Of a stretch of 64,000 nt of DNA, positions 7,479-16,691 are shown piece by piece. A program made the position numbers and the translations under genes. The notes beneath the pieces were generated by a model. It had not been told where the DNA came from. It did no database searches and worked only from the letters and a program-made list of their open reading frames with translations. This DNA comes from Dehalococcoidia bacterium (GTDB taxonomy: Bacteria > Chloroflexota > Dehalococcoidia > Lucifugimonadales > UBA3495): positions 1,030,134-1,094,133 of the forward strand of contig OZ253486.1 in the NCBI GenBank assembly GCA_965261925.1, given 5' to 3'. The first letter of the stretch is position 1; each line of letters begins with the position of its first letter.

Positions 7479-9761
7479 CTAGCTGCCGGCTCCCTCCAGG
7501 TTCTTCATGTGGTTCATGGCGCTGCCGGCCCGGAACCACGCGATCTGGGGGTCGTTGAGGGTATGACGCAGGTTGAGCGTCTCCTCGGAGCCGTCGGCGT
7601 GCTTGAGGACCGCCTGCACCGGCTGACCGGGGGTCAGGTCGCTGAGGCCCACGAGGCTCATGCGGTCGTCTTCCAGGATGCGATCCCAGTCCGACGGGTC
7701 CTCGAAGGTGAGGGGCAGCAGCCCCTGCTTCTTGAGGTTGGACTCGTGGATGCGGGCGAAGCTGCGGGTGATGATCGCCGCGGCGCCCAGCATTCGGGGT
7801 GATAGGGCGGCGTGCTCGCGGCTGGAGCCCTCGCCGTAGTTCTCGTCGCCGATGGCGACCCAGCGGATGCCCTGGGCGCTGTACGCGCGGGCGATCTCCG
7901 GTATCGGCATGATCTCCTCGCCGGAGAGCTGGTTCTTGCCGGTTCCGGTTTCGTCGGTATAGGCGTTGTTGGCGCCGAGGAACATGTTGTCGCTCAGGTT
8001 GTTGAGGTGACCACGGAAGCGCAGCCACGGACCTGCCGGAGAGATGGAGTCGGTGGTCGTTTTGCCCTCGGTCTTCACCAGGATGGGCACGTCTTCAAAG
8101 TCGTTGCCGTCCCAGGGCGCCCACGGATCCAGCACCTGCAAACGGTTGCTGCTGGGGTCCACGCGGACATCGACGTCGCTGCCATCTTCCGGCGGCTCTA
8201 CGTACATATCGACGCCCGGGTCGAAGCCGGTGGGCGGCACTTCCGGGGCCGCCGTCGGCGGCTGGAGCATGAACTCGTTGCCGTTGGCATCCACCAGCGG
8301 ATCGGTGAGCGGGTTGAACGCCAAGCTGCCGCCCAACCCCATGGCCACCGCCAACTCGGGGCTGGCGATGAAGTTCATGGTGCCGGCGTTGCCGTCGTTG
8401 CGGCTGGGGAAGTTGCGGTTGTAGGAGGTCACGATGCTGTTTTCGGTGCCGCGGGCTTCCGGTCGGTTCCATTGGCCGATGCAGGGACCGCAGGCGTTGG
8501 CCAGCACGGTGGCGCCGATGGCTTCCAGCGCAGCCTGCTGTCCGTCGCGCTCGATGGTGGCGCGGACCTGCTCGGAACCGGGGGTTACCAGCAGGCCGGA
8601 AGCGGCGGAAACACCCCGGGCAGCGGCCTGGCGGGCTACGTCGGCGCAGCGTTCCATGTCTTCGTACGAGGAGTTGGTGCAGCTGCCGACCAGCGCCACG
8701 GATACTCGCTCCGGGAAACCCTCCCGCTGCACCTCGGCGGCTAACTCGGAAATCGGCCGCGCCCGGTCGGGCGAGTGGGGTCCGGTGACGTGGGGTTCTA
8801 GGGTTGACAGGTCGATTTCCACAATCTGGTCGTAGAACTGTTCCGGCTGCTGCTCGACCTCTGGGTCCGACTGGAGCAGGTGGACATACTCTTCCGCGAT
8901 GGCAACGAGGTCTCCGCGGCCGGTGGCGCGGAGGTAGGTGGCCATGCGCTCATCGTAGGGGAACACGTCGCCGGTGGCTCCCAGCTCGGCTCCCATGTTG
9001 CAGATGGTGCCCTTGCCGGTGGCGGAAATGGAGGCGGTGCCGGGGCCGAAGTACTCGATGATGGCGTTGGTGCCGCCCGACACGGTCAGCTCGTAGGCCA
9101 ACTTGATGATGACATCCTTGGGGGCCGTCCAACCGCTCATGGAACCGGTGAGCTTGACGCCGATGATGCGAGGATAGCGCACCTCCCAGGGGAGGCCGGC
9201 CATCACGTCCGCCGCGTCCGCCCCGCCCACGCCGATGGCCAGGGAACCCAGGCCGCCGCCGTTGACGGTGTGGGAGTCAGTGCCGATGATGAGGGAGCCG
9301 GGGAAAGCGTACTTTTCCAGCACTACCTGGTGGATGATCCCGGAACCGGGCCTCCAGAAGCCCATGCCGAAACGCCGGCTCGCGGATTCCAGGAACTGGT
9401 AGACCTCGTTGCTCTCGTTGAGGGCATCCTGGAGGTCAGAGGAAGCGCCCACGCGTGCCTGGACCAGGTGGTCGCAGTGGACGGTGGTCGGGACGGCGAC
9501 GCGATCACGGCCCGATTGCATGAACTGCAGGATGGCCATCTGCCCGGTGACGTCCTGGTGGGCCACTCGGTCGGGCCGCAGGTTGATGTAGCTGTCGCCC
9601 GGGCGCAAATCGGCGTCGTCGACGTCGTCCAGGTGGGATAGCAGCACCTTCTCGGTCATAGTCAGCGGGCGGTTGAGCCTGGCCCGCACCTGGGTCAGTT
9701 TTTCGTCCATCTTGCGGTAGGTTTCCCGCACGAATTCCGGAGTGGAATCGATGTTGCTCAT
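7479..9761 (-). CDS. acn: aconitate hydratase (about 760 aa, mitochondrial-type length)
   Basis: MSNIDSTPEFVRETYRKMDE...RPDRVAHQDVTGQMAILQF...VHCDHL...GTDSHT...CTNSSYED...NACGPCIGQW...SYNRNFPSRNDG. Start chosen at the ATG at 9761 behind a GGAGGAG RBS. Confidence 0.93.
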   Translation of the reverse strand: MSNIDSTPEFVRETYRKMDEKLTQVRARLNRPLTMTEKVLLSHLDDVDDADLRPGDSYINLRPDRVAHQDVTGQMAILQFMQSGRDRVAVPTTVHCDHLVQARVGASSDLQDALNESNEVYQFLESASRRFGMGFWRPGSGIIHQVVLEKYAFPGSLIIGTDSHTVNGGGLGSLAIGVGGADAADVMAGLPWEVRYPRIIGVKLTGSMSGWTAPKDVIIKLAYELTVSGGTNAIIEYFGPGTASISATGKGTICNMGAELGATGDVFPYDERMATYLRATGRGDLVAIAEEYVHLLQSDPEVEQQPEQFYDQIVEIDLSTLEPHVTGPHSPDRARPISELAAEVQREGFPERVSVALVGSCTNSSYEDMERCADVARQAAARGVSAASGLLVTPGSEQVRATIERDGQQAALEAIGATVLANACGPCIGQWNRPEARGTENSIVTSYNRNFPSRNDGNAGTMNFIASPELAVAMGLGGSLAFNPLTDPLVDANGNEFMLQPPTAAPEVPPTGFDPGVDMYVEPPEDGSDVDVRVDPSSNRLQVLDPWAPWDGNDFEDVPILVKTEGKTTTDSISPAGPWLRFRGHLNNLSDNMFLGANNAYTDETGTGKNQLSGEEIMPIPEIARAYSAQGIRWVAIGDENYGEGSSREHAALSPRMLGAAAIITRSFARIHESNLKKQGLLPLTFEDPSDWDRILEDDRMSLVGLSDLTPGQPVQAVLKHADGSEETLNLRHTLNDPQIAWFRAGSAMNHMKNLEGAGS

Positions 9762-9878
9762 TGTTTTCGCTCCTCCTCGAGTGTAGCCCCGCTGGGTCGG
9801 CCCGACCGGCGCTTTGTCAACCACGAAAGTGAACTGTGACACAGAATGCCGCGGCGGGCGACCACGCCCGGGGAGATG

Positions 9879-10706
9879 TTACAGGGTTACCTTTTCGCCA
9901 TACTTTTCGGTGAGGTTCATGAAGAGGCGATGACGCCGGGGGTCGTTGGTTGGGTTTTCTGCGCGGCGCAGGTAGATGCGGTACACGGTTGCCAAATCGT
10001 CGTCCCGCAGCCAGATGGCGTAGCTGGGCAGCCCGTTGCCCAGGGTGCGGTACAGGAACTCGATCTGGCGAATGCGGCCGAGCTGCAAGGCCGCCTGGCC
10101 GTCGCCGTCGGTGGCAAGCAGGGCGATATCACCGGCTGGGTGGACCCTCCCGCTGCCGTCTACGAATTGCAAGTTTGCCAGCGTGGCCGGAATGGAGATG
10201 GTGGCAGCCGAGTTGTGCACCATGACCACGGCTTCGTCCAGCCCGACGGCGGCATCGTCCATCCCACAGCTACAGTCCGCGAGGATACGGCGCAGCAGGT
10301 CAATGTCGGCCGGAGGATTGGGTCCTGCGAGACGGTCGACGGGAACCGCCGTCTCGGCCAGGTTGTCGGACAGCGCCTGGTTCAAATTGTCTGGGATGGC
10401 GGCGAAACGCACGCGACCTCGGCGGGTGACGGCGGCTTCGCCCTCGATGGAGCCGTAAAGCGCCTTTTCGCCGGACCAACGGCGGACGACATCGAAACGC
10501 GGCCCGTAGGTGCAGCCGAGAATGCAACCGGCCGTGGTGACCTGCACGCGTTCGCCGCCCACGCGGTGTGCGGCGGAGCGAAGATCGCTCAGCACGGCGT
10601 CAGCATTGCGGCCGCGATGATACCAGCGCCCGCACCCGTACTCGTCGGTGCAGACGACAACGTTCACTTCAGGGCGAGCAGACCGCTGCGGGTCGGATGC
10701 GAACAT
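9879..10706 (-). CDS. fusion protein: thioredoxin-like [2Fe-2S] ferredoxin domain plus ChuX/HutX-like domain
   Basis: The N-terminus VVVCTDEYGCG...TTAGCILGCTYGP has the Cx5C...Cx3C pattern of thioredoxin-like 2Fe-2S ferredoxins. The C-terminal 145 aa is clearly homologous to ORF 38325..38774 (shared ...GLPSYxxWxRDxD...RxYLR...P.RH..FM.L..KY). Confidence 0.7.
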   Translation of the reverse strand: MFASDPQRSARPEVNVVVCTDEYGCGRWYHRGRNADAVLSDLRSAAHRVGGERVQVTTAGCILGCTYGPRFDVVRRWSGEKALYGSIEGEAAVTRRGRVRFAAIPDNLNQALSDNLAETAVPVDRLAGPNPPADIDLLRRILADCSCGMDDAAVGLDEAVVMVHNSAATISIPATLANLQFVDGSGRVHPAGDIALLATDGDGQAALQLGRIRQIEFLYRTLGNGLPSYAIWLRDDDLATVYRIYLRRAENPTNDPRRHRLFMNLTEKYGEKVTL

Positions 10707-10793
10707 CAGAGAAAGTGTGAACCGTTAAACGTGCGCCCGGCAGCCAAGCGCCGGGCGCACGACGGAGTCGGTGTACGCCGGGCGGCGCGACGA

Positions 10794-11036
10794 CTACTTG
10801 CTGAAGTAGTCGTAGTTTATCTTGATATAATCTTCGTACATGCCCGGTACGGCTTCCTCGGCGAAGATCGCCGTGACCGGGCAAACCGGTTCGCAGGCAG
10901 CACAGTCGATGCACTCATCGGGACTGATGAAGTACATGTCATCGTCGTCGGTGGTGTAGATGCAGTCCACCGGGCAAACGTCGACACACGCGGCGTCTTT
11001 GACACCCACGCATGGCTCGGTAATGATGTAGGTCAT
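10794..11036 (-). CDS. fdxA: ferredoxin (7Fe/2x[4Fe-4S]-type, 80 aa)
   Basis: MTYIITEPCVGVKDAACVDVCPVDCIY...CIDCAACEPVCPVTAIF; ATG at 11036. Confidence 0.9.
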   Translation of the reverse strand: MTYIITEPCVGVKDAACVDVCPVDCIYTTDDDDMYFISPDECIDCAACEPVCPVTAIFAEEAVPGMYEDYIKINYDYFSK

Positions 11037-11192
11037 AGCGGCATTCCCTCGGGTGATGTGGTGCGGGTTAACAGTGGCAAATCGAACTTGGGGCCACAAC
11101 TCACGGGTGCGAAAATTATAGCACGGCGTATAGGCAATGCAAACGAGATCGAGGCGTTTGCCGGGTTGGCGGAACCCATTTGCGCGCCCGAT

Positions 11193-11627
11193 TCATACCC
11201 GGGTGAAACGCTTCTTGGTGGACAGGGTTACGAAGGTCTGGGTCTTCTGCACGCCCTCAATGACACCGATGCGAGTGCGCAGGAAGTCGCCCAGGCTTTC
11301 GGCGGATTCCAGGGCGGTCCACACGAATACGTCGTAGGGCCCGGTGGCCACGACGACATAGTGGGCTTCGTCGAGGTCGGCGATGCATTCGGCGACGGCG
11401 TCGGACTTGCCCGGGCCGGTTTCCAGGCCGATGAGGGCGGTGGTGCCGTAACCCATTTTTTCGAGGTTCGGGACTGCCACCACATGGACGATGTCTTCTT
11501 TGATGAGGCGGCGCAGCCGACGTCTCACGGTGCCTTCGCTCACGCCCACTGCGCGTGCAATCTTGGCGTTGGACGCACGCCCGTCCGATTGCAGGATACC
11601 GATAATCTTCAGGTCAAGCTCGTCCAT
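11193..11627 (-). CDS. Lrp/AsnC family transcriptional regulator
   Basis: MDELDLKIIGILQSDGRASNAKIARAVGVSEGTVRRRLRRLIKEDIV... is an HTH_AsnC domain, followed by a C-terminal RAM/AsnC_trans_reg domain. Confidence 0.9.
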   Translation of the reverse strand: MDELDLKIIGILQSDGRASNAKIARAVGVSEGTVRRRLRRLIKEDIVHVVAVPNLEKMGYGTTALIGLETGPGKSDAVAECIADLDEAHYVVVATGPYDVFVWTALESAESLGDFLRTRIGVIEGVQKTQTFVTLSTKKRFTRV

Positions 11628-11850
11628 TGGTTGGCAGACTCCGTGCTCGGGATGCAATCACATTTCTACGCCAGGCAGCGTAGATATTCGGCATACGATA
11701 TTATTCGTTCGGACTGCGGTTGTCAATCATCAATGGGACAATGATATACTTTATCGTTTTATTCGCGACGAATTCGCTGCTTTTTCGCCGCTTTCAACGC
11801 ATCATAAACGTAATAGATACTGGGATCTCGGGGAGTTCCCGTTTTGGAGA

Positions 11851-12807
11851 TCACCCCACGCTGAGTGTGCCCACACCGCCAACAATCATAACTATAGACG
11901 CCGCTTTTACCGACAGCACCCTGGGGTTCAGCGACTCGTCGAGGAACTGCCAGCGCATACGGGACAGCAGGGTGGTCGCGATGAACACGAACAGGGGCCG
12001 CGTCGCGAGCACCGCTGCCACCAGGGAGGCAGGTCCCAGGCTGTAAGCGTAGACGGCAAGAAGGATCGAGATAGCCGGCATCAGCGATTCGCCGAACAGG
12101 AGCATCGCCAGGACCTTGGGTTCCTTCACCGCGCCCATCAACCGTGGACCACCGGTCAGCCCAACGCACAGGAAGACCACGCCCACAGTGGCCTGCTGGA
12201 TGCCGAATACGGTCAACACTGGCAGGTCGGCGTTGAGCGCCGCTTTGGTCACGACGAAGCTGGACGCGGCGCAAAAGGCGCTGACGAAAAGGAGCGCCGG
12301 GCCGTAAATCGCACTACGATCGCGCAAGTCGAAGACGGTGGTGCTGGGGATAGCCAGGCCAGGGCCGATGCGGGTAAAGGGTCGTTTCTGGAACAGCCGC
12401 ACGGAGATGAGGACGGCTCCGCCGACCACCAGGCTAATACCGCACCACTGGATCAGTGAGATGTGCTCGTCCAGGAACCACAGGGCCAGAATGGCGACGA
12501 AAATCGGATTGGTCTGAGAAATCGCGACCGCCCGAGAAGCCTCCATGAGGCGCAGGCCGCGAAACAGGAGCACAACGGAGCACCCCATGAACAGGCCGGC
12601 GCCAATTGGAGCAACCGCGACTTGCCACGCGGTGCCGGCCGGCACACCCACAATGGCGGTCACGATGGCGCCGTAGATCAGTCCGGTGGCCCCGCACCAC
12701 AGGCATAGGGGCGGGACGCCATGCAGGTGGAATGACAGCAGCCGCTTGTCGCAAACGCTGACGAAGCAAAAGGCCAGCGCGGAGCCCAACGCGAGTACCG
12801 GCCACAT
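11851..12807 (-). CDS. EamA/DMT superfamily transporter
   Basis: 318 aa and highly hydrophobic, with about 10 predicted TM helices in two EamA-like halves. Confidence 0.75.
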   Translation of the reverse strand: MWPVLALGSALAFCFVSVCDKRLLSFHLHGVPPLCLWCGATGLIYGAIVTAIVGVPAGTAWQVAVAPIGAGLFMGCSVVLLFRGLRLMEASRAVAISQTNPIFVAILALWFLDEHISLIQWCGISLVVGGAVLISVRLFQKRPFTRIGPGLAIPSTTVFDLRDRSAIYGPALLFVSAFCAASSFVVTKAALNADLPVLTVFGIQQATVGVVFLCVGLTGGPRLMGAVKEPKVLAMLLFGESLMPAISILLAVYAYSLGPASLVAAVLATRPLFVFIATTLLSRMRWQFLDESLNPRVLSVKAASIVMIVGGVGTLSVG

Positions 12808-12948
12808 TACGATTGCACCGCCTCGCGGTGAATCCGGTCGCCAACGCGAGGCACTGGTCGGCGCGCAACGATTAGCGTCGACGGCACGAACACAGATCGT
12901 CCGCTGCTCGGAGCCCGTCGATGGCAGTTGAGGGGCTTGCCAATGGTT

Positions 12949-13326
12949 TCAGACGCGGCAATGACCGTCGCACCGGCCCAGCCATTTGCTGATGCGCATC
13001 CGGTTACGGGCGAACCCACGGTAGAAAAGATCAAAGGCGGGGCGAGCCGGCCACCATTGGGTCCACCCGAGCATCCATCCGAGGCCGGCCAGGCGGTAGC
13101 CTTCGCGCAGGCTTTCCATGCCCACGGTGACGCTGCCGTCCGGCCTGATGCCGTATATGGCGGATTGGACCTGTTCGGCGTCGAACCCCCACGCCCCGGC
13201 GTCAAAGTCCGGAGCGGAGATGTCCACGGGTTCGATTGCATCAGGCCGCCGGCGATAGAGTTGGAGTACTTCGCGGCTGCACATCGGACACGAGCCGTCG
13301 TATAGCATGCGGAAACGGTCAGTCAT
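12949..13326 (-). CDS. thiol-disulfide oxidoreductase DCC family (DUF393)
   Basis: The N-terminal LYDGSCPMCSREV motif (YDGxCxxC) and a size of about 125 aa. Confidence 0.8.
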   Translation of the reverse strand: MTDRFRMLYDGSCPMCSREVLQLYRRRPDAIEPVDISAPDFDAGAWGFDAEQVQSAIYGIRPDGSVTVGMESLREGYRLAGLGWMLGWTQWWPARPAFDLFYRGFARNRMRISKWLGRCDGHCRV

Positions 13327-13368
13327 TGCTGGCCTCCCCCATCGCTGGCCTCCCAGTGAAGCTTTGGC

Positions 13369-14295
13369 TTAGTCGTCCGCAGGGGTGAGCACGGCAGCGT
13401 CGGCGGCCATCTGCGCGGCCTGGGCCGCGGCGAGGCCCGCGACGTCGGTGCCCACGTCCTGCACGCCGTACTTCTTTTCCAGCTCGTAAATGGCGTCCAG
13501 CCCAAGCACGGAGGCGACGTCCCAGCGGGTGCCGAAGCGGTCGGGGTCCACTTTGCCGGCGCTCATGAGCTCTTCGTAGGCGGCGCGCACCTGCTTGTAA
13601 ATGAGCCAGATGGTGCTGCCGCAGATCATGATCTTGTAGCCCAGTTCGTCCATGGTCTGCGTCGTGGCCAGGTCGCCGTTGTACATGCGGGGCACGTCGG
13701 CCAGGTCGGCGGCGTAGCGCTGGATGTCGTCCTGGGACTTGATGCCATCGACGAATACGAGGTCGGCGCCCGCCTCGACGTAGGCACGGCAGCGTCGCAC
13801 GGTATCTTCCCAGCCGGTGACGGCGTAGGCGTCGCAGCGGGCGATGATGACAAAGTCGGGATCGGTGCGGGCGTCGAGGGCCGCGCGGATTTTCTGGACG
13901 TGCTCCTCGGCGGGCACCACCTGCTTGCCAGCGAAGAAGCCGCACTTCTTGGGGAACACCTGGTCTTCGAGGTGGAGGGCAGCCACGCCGGCGGCTTCGT
14001 ACTCACGGACGGTGCGGTGCACGTTGAGGGGGTTCCCGTACCCGGTATCGGCGTCGCAGATAACCGGGATGTTGACGGCGTCCGCGATGTACTTGGCGTT
14101 GGCTACCATTTCGGTCATGGTGAGCAGGCCGACATCGGGGAAGCCGCGCTCGGCGGCGGTGCCGGCGCCGGTCATGTAGACGGCCTGGTGCCCCACGTCT
14201 TCGGCGATGCGGGCATGCAGGGCGTTGAGTACGAAGGGCGCAACGACCATCCGGTCGGAGGCGAGCATCTGGCGCAGCTGGGTAGTGGCTTTCAT
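13369..14295 (-). CDS. isocitrate lyase/PEP mutase family protein (methylisocitrate lyase / carboxyvinyl-carboxyphosphonate phosphorylmutase-like)
   Basis: ...VYMTGAGTAA...ICDADTGYGNPLNV...LHLEDQVFPKKCGFFAGK... Start at ATG 14295 behind a GGAGGT RBS. Confidence 0.85.
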   Translation of the reverse strand: MKATTQLRQMLASDRMVVAPFVLNALHARIAEDVGHQAVYMTGAGTAAERGFPDVGLLTMTEMVANAKYIADAVNIPVICDADTGYGNPLNVHRTVREYEAAGVAALHLEDQVFPKKCGFFAGKQVVPAEEHVQKIRAALDARTDPDFVIIARCDAYAVTGWEDTVRRCRAYVEAGADLVFVDGIKSQDDIQRYAADLADVPRMYNGDLATTQTMDELGYKIMICGSTIWLIYKQVRAAYEELMSAGKVDPDRFGTRWDVASVLGLDAIYELEKKYGVQDVGTDVAGLAAAQAAQMAADAAVLTPADD

Positions 14296-14361
14296 GGGTG
14301 CAATACCTCCACGAATCAATTTACATCGATGCACAGGATGAACAGGATCATATTGCATCGT

Positions 14362-14745
14362 TCAGAGTTCTGGTGAACTGGTAGAGCGCGTCAATCGTTG
14401 GAACTCAACCTTGGGTCTCCCAAAATTGATCAGCAGCCCTACTGGTATCCCAGTAGCATTCAGGTAGTTGATCACCTGTGCTTTGTGCTGTGGCATAAGA
14501 CGCTCCACTGCTTTCAATTCGATGATCACTTTGTCCGGCACCAATAGATCAGCATAGAAGTCACCTACGCGCGTATTACGAAACGTTACTTTGATTGGCG
14601 CCTGCGCCCTGACCGGGATACCGGCATCCGCGAGGGCAACGACCATAGCGTTTTTGTACACCGATTCCAAAAAGCCAGCTCCGAGTTCATTCTGTACTTC
14701 GAACGCACAACCGATTATCACCCTCGTCAATTCCGAATGCAGCAA
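14362..14745 (-). CDS. GxxExxY family protein
   Basis: ...IIGCAFEVQNELGAGFLESVYKNAM...DLLVPDKVIIELKAV...QVINYLNATG...GLLINFG is the typical GxxExxY family sequence. Confidence 0.85.
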   Translation of the reverse strand: MLHSELTRVIIGCAFEVQNELGAGFLESVYKNAMVVALADAGIPVRAQAPIKVTFRNTRVGDFYADLLVPDKVIIELKAVERLMPQHKAQVINYLNATGIPVGLLINFGRPKVEFQRLTRSTSSPEL

Positions 14746-14794
14746 TTCCCGATCCTGTCCATCCTGTGCATCGATGTAAATATTCCGTTCGTGC

Positions 14795-15502
14795 CTAAAA
14801 GATGCGGTCGGTTTCTTCTACCAGGGGAGGCAAGAGGGCCTCCATCCAGGGGACCATGTCACGCAGGACTTCCGCGGGTATTTCGTGGCCCATGTTGTAT
14901 TCGTGGTAGGACAGGTTGTAGTTCTCCGCGTCGAGGAACTCGCGGGTGCGGCGCGCGCTGTCCATCGAGACCATCTGGTCGTGGAGACCGTGGGCCACGA
15001 AAACCGGCTGCTCGCGGTGGTCGGGCAGCCGTGGGCGCAGGATCTCCGGGTCCGGCAGCGAGGCGCTGAGAGCGACCAGGGCCACGAACTTGTCCGGCCG
15101 TTCCAAACCCATGCGGTACGTCATGCCGCCGCCCTGCGAGAAGCCGAGCAAAACGGCGCGGCTTTCCTCGGCCCGGAACTCGTTCAGCGCCTCGGTGAAG
15201 AAGGCGTCGAGGAGCGACTCGGCCTGGTTGAAATGCTCATCGGTCGCCTGACCGCGCGGCGGATGCCAACCGTAGCCGGTCATCCCGGGAGCCAACTCGA
15301 AAGGGATCGGCGCGTTGGGACAAACGTACACGTAGCCCTTGCGGTTGATCGACGGAGCGAGGCCGGCGAGGTCCTGCATGTTGGCGCCAAAACCGTGCAG
15401 CATGACGACCAGCGGGTAGCTGGCGTCGGCGTCGTAATCGTCGGGGAAGATGACCAGATAGTTGAGGCCGTCGTCGGCTACCCGGCGCTGTTCGGCGTGC
15501 AT
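14795..15502 (-). CDS. alpha/beta hydrolase (phospholipase/carboxylesterase family)
   Basis: LHGFGAN..., the nucleophile elbow GFSQGG, then ...AHGLHD...MGHEI as a catalytic-triad-like pattern. Confidence 0.8.
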   Translation of the reverse strand: MHAEQRRVADDGLNYLVIFPDDYDADASYPLVVMLHGFGANMQDLAGLAPSINRKGYVYVCPNAPIPFELAPGMTGYGWHPPRGQATDEHFNQAESLLDAFFTEALNEFRAEESRAVLLGFSQGGGMTYRMGLERPDKFVALVALSASLPDPEILRPRLPDHREQPVFVAHGLHDQMVSMDSARRTREFLDAENYNLSYHEYNMGHEIPAEVLRDMVPWMEALLPPLVEETDRIF

Positions 15503-15852
15503 CAGTCAGGCTCCTTTCGGTCGATATGCAATGGCGGCTGACCCAATCGTAACATATCGAGGTTCGCAGGCCTTTTTGCAAACGCCGGCGATCTCCATGC
15601 GCCGGTCACGCCGGCGCGGGATCAGCGGCGTCAACAGCCGGGTTGGCCGTGGTTTCCGCAGCAGCCGCGTCGCGAGACCACCTTGCGCCGCGTATTGGAG
15701 ACCACCAGCGCCACTACCTTGCGCCACGGTAACCCGGTGCCCCGGAGGTTCGCGAACGGTGCGCCCAGGCTTTCGGGGCCGCCGTGTTGGTGGTCGTGGG
15801 GATGGCCGTGGTCAGGCTCTTGGTCGGCCATACGCGGAACTCGCGGCCGAGT

Positions 15853-16662
15853 TCAGGCTCGGGAAGCCGCGGCGTTGGTGTCGCCGCTGCCGAACACGCC
15901 GAACGGGTTCAGCGAGCGCGGCGCATCGTAAACGTCCATTTGCTCGGTACGCTTCAGCCAGCCGACCACGATGTAGGTGAGCGGCGTGGCGACGATCTCG
16001 TAAACCGACTTGGCGATCCACGCGCAGATGGCGGCGTTGAACACCGGAAGCCACGAGCCATCGGGACCGATCCACAGGCCCGAAACTCCGAAGGCGATGG
16101 TGAAGAACAGGATGGAGTCGATGCCCTGACCAACCACGGTGGAAGATATGGTTCGCAGCCACAGCATCCGGCCTTGCGTGCGGTTCTTGAGCAAGACCAT
16201 GATGGCGGCGTTAGTGAACTCACCCACGATGTAGGCGACGAATGAACCGAGGAGGATCCACCCGGTGGCCCCAAGGATGGCTTCGTAGGCGTGCTCGCTG
16301 GGCAGGTTGGCGACTAAGTTGCCGGCGTCGTCAGAGATCACGACGGGATCGATCGACCAGAACACCGCGCCGGGCATCATATCGCCGACCCAGAACAGGA
16401 GCACCATCATCAGGTTGCACACGAATCCCAGCCAGATCACACCGCGAGCGACGCGAAAACCGTAAACTTCCGTCAGTATGTCGCTGATGATGTACCCGAT
16501 GGGGAAGCAGACAATGGCGGCGGAAACCACGAACAGGTTGCTGCCGATGAAGTCGAACGGCAGGGTGAACAGCGAAACCGGTTTGATGGCGATGATGTTG
16601 CTGACCAACAGCACCGTTACCGCCAGCGCGGCGATGATTACCAGCTTCCCGGAAAATTGCAT
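15853..16662 (-). CDS. yhhQ: queuosine precursor transporter (YhhQ/VUT family)
   Basis: ...FVVSAAIVCFPIGYIISDILTEVYGFRVARGVIWLGF...; start at ATG 16662, only 29 nt after the glnA stop. Confidence 0.8.
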   Translation of the reverse strand: MQFSGKLVIIAALAVTVLLVSNIIAIKPVSLFTLPFDFIGSNLFVVSAAIVCFPIGYIISDILTEVYGFRVARGVIWLGFVCNLMMVLLFWVGDMMPGAVFWSIDPVVISDDAGNLVANLPSEHAYEAILGATGWILLGSFVAYIVGEFTNAAIMVLLKNRTQGRMLWLRTISSTVVGQGIDSILFFTIAFGVSGLWIGPDGSWLPVFNAAICAWIAKSVYEIVATPLTYIVVGWLKRTEQMDVYDAPRSLNPFGVFGSGDTNAAASRA

Positions 16663-16691
16663 CAGTGTCCTCTCTGCCAGGGCCGCCGAAC

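Noticed and set aside
7440-7485. tRNA-like T-loop string ccaGGTTCGAATCtgg
   Set aside because: No matching acceptor stem, D-arm or anticodon arm can be built from the flanks. The string lies immediately downstream of the aconitase stop codon (7479-7481), next to its terminator hairpin.
9846-11744. 632-aa plus-strand ORF. Similar long ORFs lie at 3258..4574(-), 32015..34087(+), 38747..40231(-), 49669..51240(+), 43544..44644(-) and 53476..54540(-)
   Set aside because: These are typical high-GC antisense shadow ORFs. They are Arg/Gly/Ala/Val/His/Asp-rich and low in complexity. Each lies opposite a gene with clear family motifs.
16663-16691. preQ1 riboswitch expected upstream of yhhQ
   Set aside because: Only 29 nt separate yhhQ from the glnA stop, which is too short for an aptamer. 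yhhQ is more likely co-transcribed with glnA.
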